Of a stretch of 64,000 bases of DNA, positions 16,360 through 32,992 are shown piece after piece. The notes beneath the pieces are model-generated. The model saw nothing but the letters and a program-made list of their open reading frames with translations, did no database searches and was not told the origin of the DNA. The stretch's first letter is position 1; every line of letters begins with the position of its first letter. This stretch comes from the human T2T-CHM13v2.0 reference genome, Homo sapiens, in NCBI RefSeq assembly GCF_009914755.1, contig NC_060931.1. One strand, given 5' to 3'. The position numbers and the translations under genes are program-made.

Positions 16360-16650
16360 GGGCTGGACACAGTGGCTCACACCTGTAATTGCAGCACTTT
16401 GGTAGGCCGAGGTGGGAGGATTGCTTGAGCCCAGGAGTTTGAGACCAGCCTTGGCAACATAGTGAGAACCTGTCTCTACCAGAAATAAAAATAAATTAGC
16501 TACGTGTAGTGACGCTCACCTGTGGTCCCAGCTACTCGGGAGGCTGAGGTGGGATGATTGCTTGAGCCCAGGAGATCGAGGCTGGAGTGAGTTGTGATTG
16601 TGCCACTACACTCCTGCCTGGGTGACACAGTGAGACTTTGTCTCAAAAAC
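16360..16650 (+). mobile_element. Alu (AluJ-type)
   Basis: ggaggattgcttgagcccaggag in both arms. Confidence 0.92.
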
Positions 16651-17180
16651 AAGCAAAACCCCAAGACAACTCTTCCATAGTTTTTGCTAGCTTTATTTTT
16701 AGGTACCTTTAAGTTTTCGTTGCTGTCGTCAAAATATTTTAAAAATTCTATTTTCTAATTCATAATTGCCAGCATATGGGAATGTTACTGAGGTTTGTAA
16801 GATTTTTTTTTTTTAATCCAGCAACCTTTATTGACCTCTCTTATTTAACAGTCTGCAGATTCTTTAAAGTTTTCTATGCAGACTATTGTATTGCCTTCAA
16901 ATAGTGGTTATTTTGTCTCTTCCAATTCTAACACTTCGTGTTTCTTTTCTTGGTCTTGCTGTGTTGGCTAGAACTTCTATTAAAATAGTGATCAGAACTG
17001 CAGACAGCAGGTGCTTTTTTGACTTTCTGACTTTAAAGAGAATGGGATTTTATTATAGTACTCTACTAGTGATAACTGTAGGTTTTTGTGGAAATGCTTT
17101 TTCAGATTAAAACAGTGCTCTTCTATTCCTAGTTTAATCTGAGGGTTTTTTTTAATTAAAAAAATCATGAATGACAGTGA

Positions 17181-17546
<366 letters not shown>

Positions 17547-17599
17547 TAATAGGAGGAGTTACTTTAATACATTTTCGAATATTGAACAGTTATTTCTTT

Positions 17600-17732
17600 T
17601 CTTTTTTTTCTTCTTGTAGAGATGGGGGTCTCTCTTTGTTGCCCAGGCTGGTCTCAAACTCCTGGCCTCCAGTGATCCTCCTGCCTCAGCCTCCCAGAGC
17701 ACTGGGATTACAGGAATGAGCCACCTTGTCCA
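17600..17732 (-). mobile_element. Alu left monomer (FLAM-like)
   Basis: gtagagatgggggtctc...gggattacaggaatgagccacc single arm. Confidence 0.85.
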
Positions 17733-18209
17733 GATTGAACAATTATTTCATTTTTGGGATAAATCCTACTTGGCTATGAAATATGAAGTACATGCTGAAC
17801 TGTAATTGCAAATATTTACTTGAGAACTTTGCATCAATATTCAAAAGTGAGATTGGACTGTAATTTTGATTTCTTGTTTTTGTCTGGTTGTGTATCAGGA
17901 TTATATGGGCTTCATAAAATGAGTTTGTTAGCTTTCTTTTTTTATTCTCTGGAACAGTTTGCATAAGATAGGAATTGTTTATTCCTTCAAGCTTTAGTAA
18001 AAATATCTAACAGTCTTTTGAGAAATATACTGGATTAAAAAATTACTATTGTTGTGTCTCTCAACTGTTGTAGCAAATGTTCTGAAGTATCTGTGTCTTA
18101 AGTCCTTAGATACAGTCTTCTCGATAACCTTCCTTAGATTGCCCTCAGATGGCTTTTTTGGCATTTAGGAAAGTAGTCATGTCTTTTCTTGGTAACCCAC
18201 ATCCTATAA

Positions 18210-18558
<349 letters not shown>

Positions 18559-18659
18559 ATTGTTCTTTATTACTAAGTTTAATCTTTTTAGTTTTGATTC
18601 ATCATTATAGCTGAAGTGTTTTATTTTCTAGTTTAAGTCATTTATAAACTCTGTATTTA

Positions 18660-19080
18660 AAATATTTTATTTTGAAATAATTATAGATTAATAGGAAGTT
18701 GCAAAGATAGTTTAGAGAGATCCTGTGTACACTTTTCCTATTTTGCCCCCAAAGGTTACATCTTACAAATTGTAGTGCAATATTATAACCAGAAGTGAGA
18801 CCCTGTCTCTAAAAAATAAAAACAAAAACAGACCAGCCCCAGGAAACGGATGTTGGTACAATGTGTGTGTATAGTTCTATGTCATTGTAATTCTACCTGT
18901 AGATTCCTTGAACTACCACTGTAATAAAGTTACAGAATTATTTTCTCACTACCAAGATCTCTCTGGTGCTATTCCTATATAATTACACTTACTCCTCTCC
19001 CTCTACTGTTCCTAACCACTACTCTGTTTTCATCTCTATAATTTTATCATCTCCATAATATATGTTCTTCAATAGATTAA
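18660..19080 (-). mobile_element. L1 3' end fragment (L1MC-like) containing a short + strand Alu tail remnant at ~18795-18830
   Basis: tttattttgaaataattatagatt...aggaagttgcaaagatag; gtgagaccctgtctctaaaaaataaaaac. Confidence 0.7.
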
Positions 19081-19155
19081 TATTTAAACTGACAGTAGTA
19101 CATCATACACTAAATACTACTCAGCAGTAATGCTACTACTCATACAGTGTGTGCC

Positions 19156-19439
19156 TTTTTTTGGGACAGAATCTCGCTTTGTTGCCCAGGCTGGAGTGCA
19201 GTGGTGTGATCTCAGCTTAATGTGACCTCAGCCTCCTGGGTTCAAGCAATTCTCCTGCCTCAGCCTCCTGAGTAGCTGGGATTACAGGTGCCCACCACCA
19301 CGCCCGGCTAATTTTTGTATTTTTAGTAGAGATGGGTTTTCACCATGTTGGCCAGGCTGGTCTCAAACTCCTCAAGTGATCCACCTGCCTCGGCCTTCCA
19401 AAGTGCTGGGATTACAGGTGTGAGCCACTGTGCCTGGCC
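19156..19439 (-). mobile_element. Alu (AluS-type)
   Basis: Antisense dimer. Confidence 0.93.
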
Positions 19440-21110
<1,671 letters not shown>

Positions 21111-21406
21111 ACTTCATTATTGCCAGTGTGGGGGTCAAAGTTGAGGTTCTCCTTTTGGCCTTTGTTGACACTCACTTGGGGAGGAGCTCCATGTTACTGC
21201 TGGGCTGGGGTGGAAGTGGGGACTGTGGTATGTTGTGCTGTACTAGAGATAGCTTGGGTGACATAGATTATTTAGACAGATTTCTCCATTGTGTTCATAA
21301 GAACTGTTTGGGCCACATCTTGTTCCATAGGTATAGACAAAATATTTGGAATATAAGCTCTATATACTTTTATTCTCTTGCATGGATACAGTTGCTTCCT
21401 CTATAG

Positions 21407-21768
<362 letters not shown>

Positions 21769-22266
21769 TATCTTTACAATCTTTTATATTGACTTGACAG
21801 TTTAATTCTGGATTCACACACAATTAAGTTTGATCTTGCCTAGAGGATAGGATCTGTCACTTGTATTGGCACATTGGCAGTGGCCCTTTGGAATACCAAA
21901 CTTGTACATCAGATGGTTCTGTGTGGTGTCAGTCAGTGTGCCATTGAATGGTGTGGTCAGAGATGGATGTTATCTATTTCTACAGATCACCTCAGTCGTC
22001 GTGGCCCACAAGACTTTTCTAGCCCATGTTCAGCCCAAGATCTCCAATGTCCTCTTCACTTCTCATTTCAGCCCGTGTTTCCACTTCACTCGTGCTTTCT
22101 TCAGTTCTGCTGAAGTTCTGTCCTTTACTTGTTTATAATTTGATATCTTTGAGACTTTAAATGTGGCAGTGAGTTGCAATGAGAAAAGGAGGTGGGGAAA
22201 GTGATTTCTGCCCTGTGTCTTTTTCTTTTCACCTTTTTATCCTGTTACCTCAAGATGCCCTTCTGA

Positions 22267-22602
<336 letters not shown>

Positions 22603-22990
22603 TCAAATTCACTCTTATAGCTGTGTTGTTATTCTTCATTTGTAGTAAATTGGAGATTCCAGATAATCTACTTTTAGAAATAATTGTATATGTTTATTAA
22701 TTTGTCTTGGAACAAATTCTAATATAAATTTCTAGCTAGCTTAATAGCTCTCTGTTTGAGAAAATTCTATAGCCTGACTTACCTTGAAAACTTTTCATTT
22801 GGAAATGAGGCATTAAAGGTAAATGACTTTGAGAGGTAACAGGGTAAATGCTTTAGCTCACAAACAAAAGATTAGCTTTTACTTTTATTATGTTTGTTTA
22901 GCTTCTTTTTAATAGCTGAAAAACCAATATATCCAGTAGAAGAAGCAAAAGTCACCAGTAGCTCTACCATCCATGGTTAACCAGTATTAA

Positions 22991-23400
<410 letters not shown>

Positions 23401-23965
23401 TTAGCAGCTCTTTCTAAGGATTTGATATAATTTATTTACCTGATCTCTGATTTCAGGTCAGTTAACTTTCCTCCTTCAATTTGTTGCTATTATAATTAGT
23501 TCTACAAAGAGTGTTGTTGTGTATATACTTTTATTTACTCAATGATTATTTCTTTAGAATGAAATTCTAGAAGTGGAATTGCTGGATAAACATAATATTT
23601 TTCTCAGTTCTTCTCTGGAATGGTTGTATCTGGGTACCTGTTCAGTTCCGCCAGTCACAAATTTGGTCTCCAATTTAGTATAGATAATATTGTTTATTGA
23701 GTACTATTCTCTACCACAGTCTCTGCTAAACACTTTGTAAACATTGTTCCATTTAATACTCACCACCCTGATAGGTAGTGGTATATGCATTTTGGAGGAG
23801 AGAGCACTGAGGGTTAATAATAACTTTCCTCAAGTCAGCTAACTAGTAAGTGCTCAAACCTAGGTTTTCATAACTTCAGAGTCTGTGTGCTCATTCATGT
23901 AGTAGCTGTGCAGAAAAATTAACTTGGCTGGACTGTTTGAAGAAATTAGTTCATATCAGAAACTG

Positions 23966-24269
23966 TTTTTTCTTTGTTTGTTTTGTCTGTGACTGGGTCT
24001 TGTTCTGTTACCCAGGCTGGAGTGTGGTGGCGTGATCATGGCTCACTGCAGCCTCAATTTCCCAATCCCCTTGTCTCAGGCTCCCAAGTAGTTGGGACTC
24101 CCGGCTAGTTTTTGTGTTTTTTTTTTTTTTTGTTTTTTTTTTTTTTTTTTGTAGAGACAGGTTTTCACCGTGTTGCCGAGACTGATCTCAAACTCCCAGA
24201 CTTAAGCAATTTGCCTGTCTCGACCACCCAAAGTGCTGGGATTACAGGTGTGAGCCACTGTGCCCGGCC
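23966..24269 (-). mobile_element. Alu (AluJ-type, expanded T linker)
   Basis: Diverged antisense dimer. Confidence 0.88.
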
Positions 24270-24356
24270 TAGAAACATTATTTACTCTCTCCTGAAATTC
24301 AGTCACAAGGATTTAAAAAATTTTTTTAATTAAAAACAGTTTTTAAAAATTTAAAC

Positions 24357-24638
24357 TTTTTTGATATAGGGTCTCACTCTGTTGCACAGGCTGGAGTGCA
24401 GTGGGGCTATCATAGCTCATTGCAGCCTCAACCTCCTGGGCTCAAGTGATCCTTTCAAGTAGCTAGGACTACAGGCATGTGTGCCATTGTGCCTGGCTAA
24501 TTTTTTAGCTTTTTTAGAGATGGGGTCTTGCTATGTTGCCCAGGCTGTTCTGAAACTCCTGAGCTCAAGCTATCCTCCTGCCTTAGCCTCCTGAGTCTCT
24601 GGGATTACGTGCATGAGCCATGAGCCACCACAGCTGGC
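24357..24638 (-). mobile_element. Alu (AluJ-type)
   Basis: Diverged antisense dimer. Confidence 0.9.
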
Positions 24639-24649
24639 TCTGATTTTAA

Positions 24650-26335
24650 TTTTTTAAATTGACAGATAACATTGTGTGTTTTTATCGTGTATAATATGAT
24701 GTTTTGAAGTATATATACATTGTGAATGGTTAAATCTAGCTAATTAACAAATGCATTACTTCATATAGTCATCATTTTTGTGGTGAGAGCACATAACACG
24801 TACTCTACATTTTTTAAGAATGCAATATATCGTCATTAACTGTTGTCACGTCGTTGTATGCTAGATCTCTTGTAATTTATTTCTCCTATCTAACTGTAGT
24901 TACGTATTTTTTGACCAACATCTCCTTGTCCTTCCCATCCCCGAACAGCCTCAGCCCCCTGTAACCACCATTCTATAGCCTACCTCTATGAGATCAACTT
25001 TTTAAGATCCTGCATATGAATGAGACCATGTGATATTTGTCTTTCTGTGCCTGGCTTATTTTACTTAACATAGTGCCCTCGAGGTTCATCCATGTTGTGG
25101 GCAGATGGCAGAATTTCCTTTTTTTTTTAAATGGCTGAATAGTATTCCACTGTTTATAAAGCCACATTTTCTTTATCTGTTCACCCGTTAATGGACACGT
25201 AGGTTGATTCCAGATCTTGGTTATTGTGAATAGTGCTACAGTAAACATGGGAGTGCAGATAGCTCTTTAACATACTGATTTCATTTCCTTTGGATATATG
25301 CCCAGTAGTGGGATTGTTGGATCGTATGGTAGTTCTATTTTTAATTGTTTGAGGAGCCTCTATACTGTTTTCCATAATGGCTCTACTGATTTGCATTCCC
25401 ACCTATAGTGTATAAAGGTTCTCTTTTTGTCACATCATCACCAACACTTATTATCTTTTGCTTTTTTGATAATTGCCATTCTCAGTGGGGTGAGTTGATT
25501 GATATTGTGGGTTTGATTTGCATTTCCCCAATGATTAGTGATGTTGAGCATTTTTTCATATACCTGTTGGCCATTTGTATGTCTTCTTTTGAGAAATGTC
25601 CATTCAGGTCTCTTGCTCATTTTTCACTTGGGTTATTTGTTTTTTTATTGCTGTTTGAGTTCTTTATATATTTTGATTATTAATCTTTTGTCAGGTAGAT
25701 AGTTTGCAAATAGTTTCTCCCATTCTATAGATTGTCTCTTCACTCCGTTGATTGTTTTCTTTGCTGTGCAGAAGATTTTTAGTTTGATGTAATCCCAGTT
25801 ATCTATTTTTGTTACCTGTGCTCTTGAGGTCTTGTCCAAAAAAATCCTTGCCCAGACCAATGTCATAAAGCATTTTACCGTTTTCTTCTAATAGTTTCAC
25901 AGTTTCAGGTCTTACATTGAAGTAAGTCTTTAATCCATTTTGAGTTAATTTTTGTATATGGTTGAGAGATAAGCATTCATTTTCATTCTTCTGCATGTGG
26001 ATATCCAGTTTCTCCAGTAACATTTACACTTTGCCCGTTGTGTAAAATCAGTTGAGTGTAAATACATGGATTCATTTCTGGGCTCTTTGTTCCACTGGTT
26101 TATATGTCTGTTTTTATACCAGTACCATGCTGTTTTGATTACTGTAGCTTTATAGTGTACTTTGAAGTCAGGTAGTGCGATCCCTCCAGCTTTCTTCTTT
26201 TTGCTTAAGATTCCCTTGACTGTTTGGGGTCTCTTGTGGTTCCATGTGAACTTAGGATTATTTTTTCTGTTTCTGTGAAGGATGCCATTGGTATTTTGAT
26301 AAGGACTGTACTGACTCTGTACCTCACTTTGGGTA
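24650..26335 (-). mobile_element. L1 (L1MA-type) 3' part: ORF2 C-terminal remnants and 3' UTR
   Basis: Minus-strand ORFs 24994..25248 and 25645..25866 resemble L1 ORF2 (WDYIKLK.FCTAK.TI..VKRQ..EWEK.FANY; MF..ALFTI.KIWNQP.CP). Confidence 0.92.
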
Positions 26336-26579
26336 GTAAGTCACAAAGATTTTGATTCAGAGAAATTTTATCTAGCATTTACATTTGTATAGCTACAGAG
26401 TCGTACTTTCATCAGAAATACATTAAGGACAGTGAGAAGCCATTAGTATATTTATGGAATTAGGTTTATGTTAGAATTATTTAGGTATAGTTTGACCATT
26501 TTTCAAACCCACAATAAATATTTTAGTGGAGTAAAATGTTAATTTAACAAATATTTCTCTAATGTCTGTTCTGATAGCC

Positions 26580-26770
26580 AGTGGCCTGCTTAGGTGCAAA
26601 TCCTGTCTGTCTCTTAGAAGCTGTGTGACCTTGATAGATTGTTAAGCTTCCCTTTCTGTGAAATGCAGATAATAGTACCTGTCTCATAAGCTATTGTGAG
26701 GATGTAATAAAATAGTGTGCAAAAGGAAACACTTAGCAGAGTGTTCAATAAATGTAAACTTTAATTATTA
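26580..26770 (+). mobile_element. MIR
   Basis: agctgtgtgaccttg...tctgtgaaatgcagataatagtacctgtctcata...ttgtgaggat. Confidence 0.75.
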
Positions 26771-27782
26771 TTATTAGTTATTGACATCAGAGCCTCCCAC
26801 TGGAGAGACAGTTAAAGATGGGTGTTATCTGATGTCAAGGAATCTACAGTTTGGTAGACTGATCTTAAACAATTGTAATTCATCCAGAAAAATGCCTTAA
26901 TGCAGGTATAAAAGGGCCAGTGGAAGCATCAAACACGTGTGCAGAACTGCAGATTGTCAAGGAAGCCTTCAAGTGAGGAGATGGTGTTGATGTCGAGACC
27001 TGATGAATGAAAATAGCTCATGGGAGAGCTCAAGAGTGTGAGCAGGAGTTAGAAATTTCAATGGAAAATGGAATCTTTGTGATGCCCTCCACATTTCATT
27101 AGCTGTCTGGAGTGAATTGATATGATTATTTACTGCTAAGTATATTCCCAAATATTTAAGATTAAGATCTTATTAAAATAATGAATTATAAAGCCATTAA
27201 TATTTGGAATTTTTATGTAATAGTTATTTGATTATGGTACTTTTTTTGGCTACAGATATTAACCAATAACATTCTAATTTATCCTTTTAATGGGATAAAT
27301 TTTAACGGTTTTTTTTCTTCCTGTAACAAGACTAAAAGTACATTTTAAGGCTATGTGATGTAGAGTCTTATTATAGACATTATTTTTCAGTTTACTCTCC
27401 TTTTCTGTATTGTACAGAATTTTGTCCCCTTCTATATTGTATTTTAAATTTGGAACCTACTGATGTATAGGCATTTCACTTACTATCTTGAGGGATTTTT
27501 CCAGATAAAACTGAGAAATTTTGCAATGGACCTTCTGTCAGTATAAAAGTAGAGCAGCTCATTTCCTTTGTCCCATTCTGAAAATCATACCAGAATAGAA
27601 TAGCCTGCTTCTGTATTATTTTATGTACTCATTGACATTGTCTTTTCTGTGAGCACCCTTCACCCCACATGGAGCCCTAACAATGAAAATTTACTTGTGT
27701 GTATATAAGGATATTATCCCTTTTGATCATTTAAATAGATATGGATAGTGATAGAAATCTGTGTGTGTGTGTTTTTTTTAAG

Positions 27783-27907
27783 GTATTGCCATCAGAGAGT
27801 CAGCAAAGGTAGTTGACCAAGCTCAAAGGAGAGTGTTGAGGGGAGTTGATGACCTTGACTTTTTCATAGGAGATGAAGCCATCGATAAACCTACATATGC
27901 TACAAAG
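27783..27907 (+). CDS. ACTR3B: ACTR3B coding exon 3 (125 nt): (C)[41 protein letters not shown]
   Basis: tttaag|GT ATT GCC ... ACA AAG|gtaaat; phase matches exon 2; IGDEA actin motif. Confidence 0.96.
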
Positions 27908-28328
27908 GTAAATTTCCGACAGGTGTTTGCTTCTCTAAGTGTAGAGTAGTAGGATGAGTAATGCAAAATGGTCATCTAGAAGTTGTATTTGCGAGTTGTA
28001 GAATGTGTTATGTTTGAATTCTTATGTTTGAATAGAGGTGGTGGTGATGGTTGGTTTTGAATGGGGGTATTTTTGATTGGAGAATTAAGGGAATTAACAG
28101 ATCCCTGGAATGCAGAATAGACTCAGGAAACACCAGATCACACATGAAAGCAAGATCCCCTCCTCTGGAAAATTGTTGACAGGTTGACTAACCTGTCAGA
28201 TGAGGGAAAATTGCAGATTGGTTAATTAAAAAGAAACACTAACGTTATTTAAGCAGACTTTTTTTTTTTAAAGCTCCAGATCCAATTGTATGATAATTAG
28301 CTGCAGTTTTCTATCGGTTCCTCATTGT

Positions 28329-28630
28329 ATTTTTTGTTGTTGTTTTTTTAGAGATAGGTCTTACTCTGTCATCCAGGCTGGAGTGCTGTGATGCCGTCTT
28401 GGCTCACTGCAGCCTCGACCTCCTGAGCTCAAGCAATCCTCTCACCTCAACTTCCCAAGTAGGTGGGACTACAGGCATGCACCACCAAGCCTGGCTGATT
28501 TTTTAATTTTTTGTAGAGACAGTGTCTTGCTATGTTGCCCTGGCTGGTCTTGAACTCCTGGGCTCGGGTGAGCCTCCTGCCTTGGCCTCCCAAAGCGTTG
28601 GATTAGAGGCGTGAGCCACTGTGCCTGGCC
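28329..28630 (-). mobile_element. Alu (AluJ-type) in intron 3
   Basis: Antisense dimer. Confidence 0.92.
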
Positions 28631-28872
28631 TGCCTCCGTGTCATTGTTAAGGTGATTCTTTGTTTGTGGAAATGAGTGGAGGAGAATATGAACAATAATG
28701 TAACTTAATCTTTTTTTTCCAAATGCTGTTGTTTCTTTACAAGAATTAACAAAAACTGCAATAAGAAGGATACCTTTATTCTTAATAACACAGTTTCTTC
28801 TGTGCCACTGTTAAACTGTTGCTCTTATTGTTGCGAACTGAGGCTTGACAACTCTGGTGTCTCTTCCTCCAG

Positions 28873-28983
28873 TGGCCGATACGACATGGAATCATTGAAG
28901 ACTGGGATCTTATGGAAAGGTTCATGGAGCAAGTGGTTTTTAAATATCTTCGAGCTGAACCTGAGGACCATTATTTTTTAATG
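28873..28983 (+). CDS. ACTR3B: ACTR3B coding exon 4 (111 nt): [37 protein letters not shown]
   Basis: ctccag|TGG CCG ... TTA ATG|gtgagt; PIxHGIIxDWD actin signature. Confidence 0.97.
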
Positions 28984-30304
28984 GTGAGTAACTGGAACTA
29001 AGAGGAATATATTCCTGTAAATTCCAAATTGCTTAGATTTTAAACTGAAGATATTCTTTTCTAGGGCGTTTTAAATTTCTTCTAAAGATATGTGCATGAA
29101 TCAGGCTGCTTTTTTGAAAATAAAGCTCAATAAAAATGTTCAGAACAAAAAGGGGCTTGTTAGCTCACCAAACAGGAAGCCCAAGTGAGGCAGCTCTAGG
29201 GCTGTTGTTTTAGCAGCTCAGCGATGGAATTGCACATGCAGCCTAGGGCACTAGCTGGAGCTCTTCTGTTTGTTCCCCCTGGGTCCAGGGTGGCTGCCAA
29301 ATTCCTAGATCACCTCTTTGGACATTTCCATACAGAGATAGAAGATTTCCCTTGCACTTTTTAAGAATTTAGAGACCCTTTCCCAGAAACCTTCCCAGCA
29401 CATTTGCCCCATCTGCCTATGCCTAACCTGGTTAGAGCAATAGGAATGGATTTACTGTGACTGGTTTAGATTCTTGAAGACTTTCTCCTTGGAGTGGGGA
29501 CCAGGAGAACCTGTCTGATGTTCTGGACCCTGGAGGAGGGTAAGTAGCTAAACAGGCCTCCAAAAGCAAGGACAATAGAAGGAGGAATGGATTTGGATAA
29601 ACCAACTGCCTACTTTAGTTTTCTTGAGACATAGCAAGATGATTGTAATTATTGCCACTTATAGCAGAGGAAACCAGGTCAAGATGTTGTTTTTTTCTAG
29701 GGTTTAAATGTTACTGTAAAATAAAACTGAACTGAGTTATGGGCCCTAATTATATACTTAACTGATTTCATTCAAATGAAATGAAACATCACAGATAAAT
29801 GAGAAGAAATATCTCCTCGTTCTCTAGTGGTTCTACTCAACATTACATGTTTTCTTCCGTGAGATGCTCTTTTCATCAAGTTAAAATTAATTATATGTAC
29901 AGAATGCTTGCTTTATAGAGGGCAGTTTCATGTGACGTAAGCTGCGTATTAAACCTGCATAATTTAGGTTTGGATTTTTTTTCATGCAAATACGTTGTCA
30001 AATGGTCCCAGATCCAATTATAAAATTCTTTCTGATGTTAGGATATGAAGTGTTTTTAAGAATTATCTGGTATAAGAAATATTTTAACTATAAGGCTAAT
30101 AGTTAATGGAATAACTATTAAATATGGAATAACTCTATAACGAATATATGTATTTAATGTATATTAAAGCCAGTCTTTGATCTTTTTTCCCTGGCTGTGT
30201 CTTCACAGCTGAAATTGCCAGGTATGGCTACTGCATTTCACAGGCCACTCTGTTTTCTCTGTACATCCATAGTGGTTTATTTTATTTTACTGTTTTGCTC
30301 TGTA

Positions 30305-30637
<333 letters not shown>

Positions 30638-32155
30638 TGACTGTGTGTGAGTGGCTTTGTCTTTACAGCCAAAACAAATCACAGATTCCCACCTGTCAGA
30701 TTTGGCATTTTTCCTTCTGTAGCATATCACATAAACTACCTGTTGGATAGGATTTTAGGAGCAGGCACCGAGCCCAGCTGCTTCCTTCTGTCTACTTCAG
30801 CTTCCCATGCCAGGAGTTCTTGCTTTACTTAGAGGGACATCTAATCTTAGGCATGTGGAGCAAATATGGACCACCACACAGCTCACAGGAATTTTTATTA
30901 AAGGGGACTCTTCTGATTTAGCTGGCATACATGAGATAGTAAAATGTAACCACTTGCCAGGATGGAATTGGAGGGGTTTGGTGTGAACATGGAAAAGGCC
31001 ATTTGCTAAAAATGGGCACCTGCAATGAATGTTCAAAAACAATCAGGTTTATTATTAAAAAGATAAGAAAATATCGTATTACATGTGTTGTGCTTTGAAT
31101 TCTGCAGGTCATTCTGTTGCATGTTGTGGTTGAGGAAGTGATGAGAATGGTAAATTTCCTTCAGGTATTTGTCCTTAACCGTATGTTAATGGAATAGTTA
31201 AAGGGGAGTGAACCAGGTGGAAAGATTTAAGACCAAGCCATCAAAGTGAATTGAAGACTTAAAGAGAGTCTTGAGAGGCCCAAATGATGGACCCCACAGG
31301 AGCTCACAGAATTATCCTTTCTGATGGCCGTGCCCAGTCATCTGAACATGCAGAGAGAATGAGCTCCTTGCCACTGACTGTTTTCAAGGAGGTGCAGAGA
31401 CTCAGCTTACACTGGTTATGTGGACTGAGCACCTGGGAACTCCACTCTTCCCCAATATTGCATTGCCCAGAGCTCAGAACGCACTCAGAGATGTCAAAGA
31501 GATGCAGTGCTCTTGAGTGGAAACTGAATTAGAACTTCAGAAGGGATTTGCAAACTTTTTGAATATAAATCCTGCAAGAGCAAACAAGCAGCACATGCAG
31601 ACGACCAGCAATGAGAGGGCGTGGTGATTCTGAGGACCTGACTTGGTTAGGGTGACGAGAGCGGGGGAGTGTGGAGAGAGGAGGTCAGGCAGCCTTTGCG
31701 CAGTGTAGACAGTGAGAGCCACGTGGCCAGTTTTGTGTTTTAGGGAGACTTTGTGGGCAGACACCTCTGGCACACAGAGTCTTGAAGATGACCCCATGTG
31801 AGGTGACAGGTGCCTCCGAGGAGGGCGTAGGGTGAGAATGGCAGGAGTGGGTGGAGGGGAGTTCTGTCATTTGCGAGGTTCTTAAAATTATGTAAGGAGA
31901 TATGTATAGTCAAAACCACCCATGAAAATCCTTCAGGAAGGGCCAGTTTATACAGCTCTGAGTCAGTGGGAGAATATGGATTTTCCCTCAGCATGGAGGA
32001 ACTTTCTTCTGCACCAGCTGGGGTGGTTGACTTACATTTAGGATTACAGTATGGTGTGTGGAAGCACGCATTGTTTGTTAGGTTGCCCTCAGTCCAGCAC
32101 TTTGCTCCCAGTCCCAGTATGTTGAAGCTGAGACCGCCTGAGAACGATCAAACTC

Positions 32156-32254
32156 CCAGAGCCAGTACTCATTAAGGAGCCCGGGCAGACATTGTATTGA
32201 GCAATCAGGCTTCCAGAGCCAGTACTCATTAAGGAGCCTGGGCAGACATTGTAT
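32156..32254. repeat. Local direct duplication, 42-bp core, period 57
   Basis: ccagagccagtactcattaaggagcc(c/t)gggcagacattgtat at 32156-32197 and 32213-32254. Confidence 0.95.
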
Positions 32255-32399
32255 CACTCATGGAGTTATTTCGCCTGCTCTCATATTTGGCCTCATTGTT
32301 CTGGCTTGTACCCTCACTAGCTTTTGTATGCTGTTGTGTTTTTGGAGCATGTACAGTTGGTTGGGGTAAGTTACATATAGTTAGCAGAGATATACAGGA

Positions 32400-32690
32400 G
32401 GTAGAATTGATGGGTCTTAGTGATGAGAATTGGTAGCAGTTAAGAGAGAAATCTAGGATGACTCAGATTTTGAGATGGGGCAGTGCATGGATGATAATGT
32501 GATTGGTTAAGATGGGAAACATGAGAAGAAACTCACTTGAGGGAGGGAGGGAGGAGGAAGAAGGAGAGTTTGGTTTTGTACATGCTGAGGTCGAAGCGTC
32601 TGACTGGGCTACACAGGTAAAGAAGCCGAGGAGCAGCCAGCTCCAAGCAGCAGGTGTTGATGTAGGAGTCAGTAGCATTCACGTGTTGAT
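32400..32690 (+). mobile_element. L2 fragment
   Basis: aagatgggaaacatgagaagaa...gagtttggttttgtacatgctgagg...ggagtcagtagcat. Confidence 0.6.
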
Positions 32691-32947
32691 AGTTGATGGA
32701 AAATTAACTCTGATTACTAAAAATAAAACGTACCATCCATGGTATTTTAGAGATGAACCTACGAATACATGATTATCTTGAAATCTCTAGGTAAAGTTAG
32801 TGCTCTGTGAAATCATTTTCCTCATGAACCTGGTGAAATAAAAAAATGCTAGCCATAGCAGTGCCCTACATCTGAATCACAATTGCGTTATGTCCTAGTT
32901 TCCTTCCTGAATTCTTGAGAATGGTTAGACCTGCCTTGTGCACTTCA

Positions 32948-32992
32948 CTAACCAGTGTAGACCTAGCCAGTGTAGACCTAGCCAGTGTAGAG
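32948..32992. repeat. 15-bp tandem repeat, 3 copies
   Basis: ctaaccagtgtagac ctagccagtgtagac ctagccagtgtagag. Confidence 0.92.

Noticed and set aside
16186-16428. Polyglutamine-containing ORF
   Set aside because: Translation of an Alu (CAA)n tail; no exon evidence
24994-26023. Reverse-strand ORFs resembling L1 ORF2
   Set aside because: Fragmented across frames, 5'-truncated, non-functional old L1
32156-32254. Repeat-spacer-repeat resembling a CRISPR array
   Set aside because: Only two copies, 15-nt spacer, eukaryotic intron and no cas genes; it is a tandem duplication
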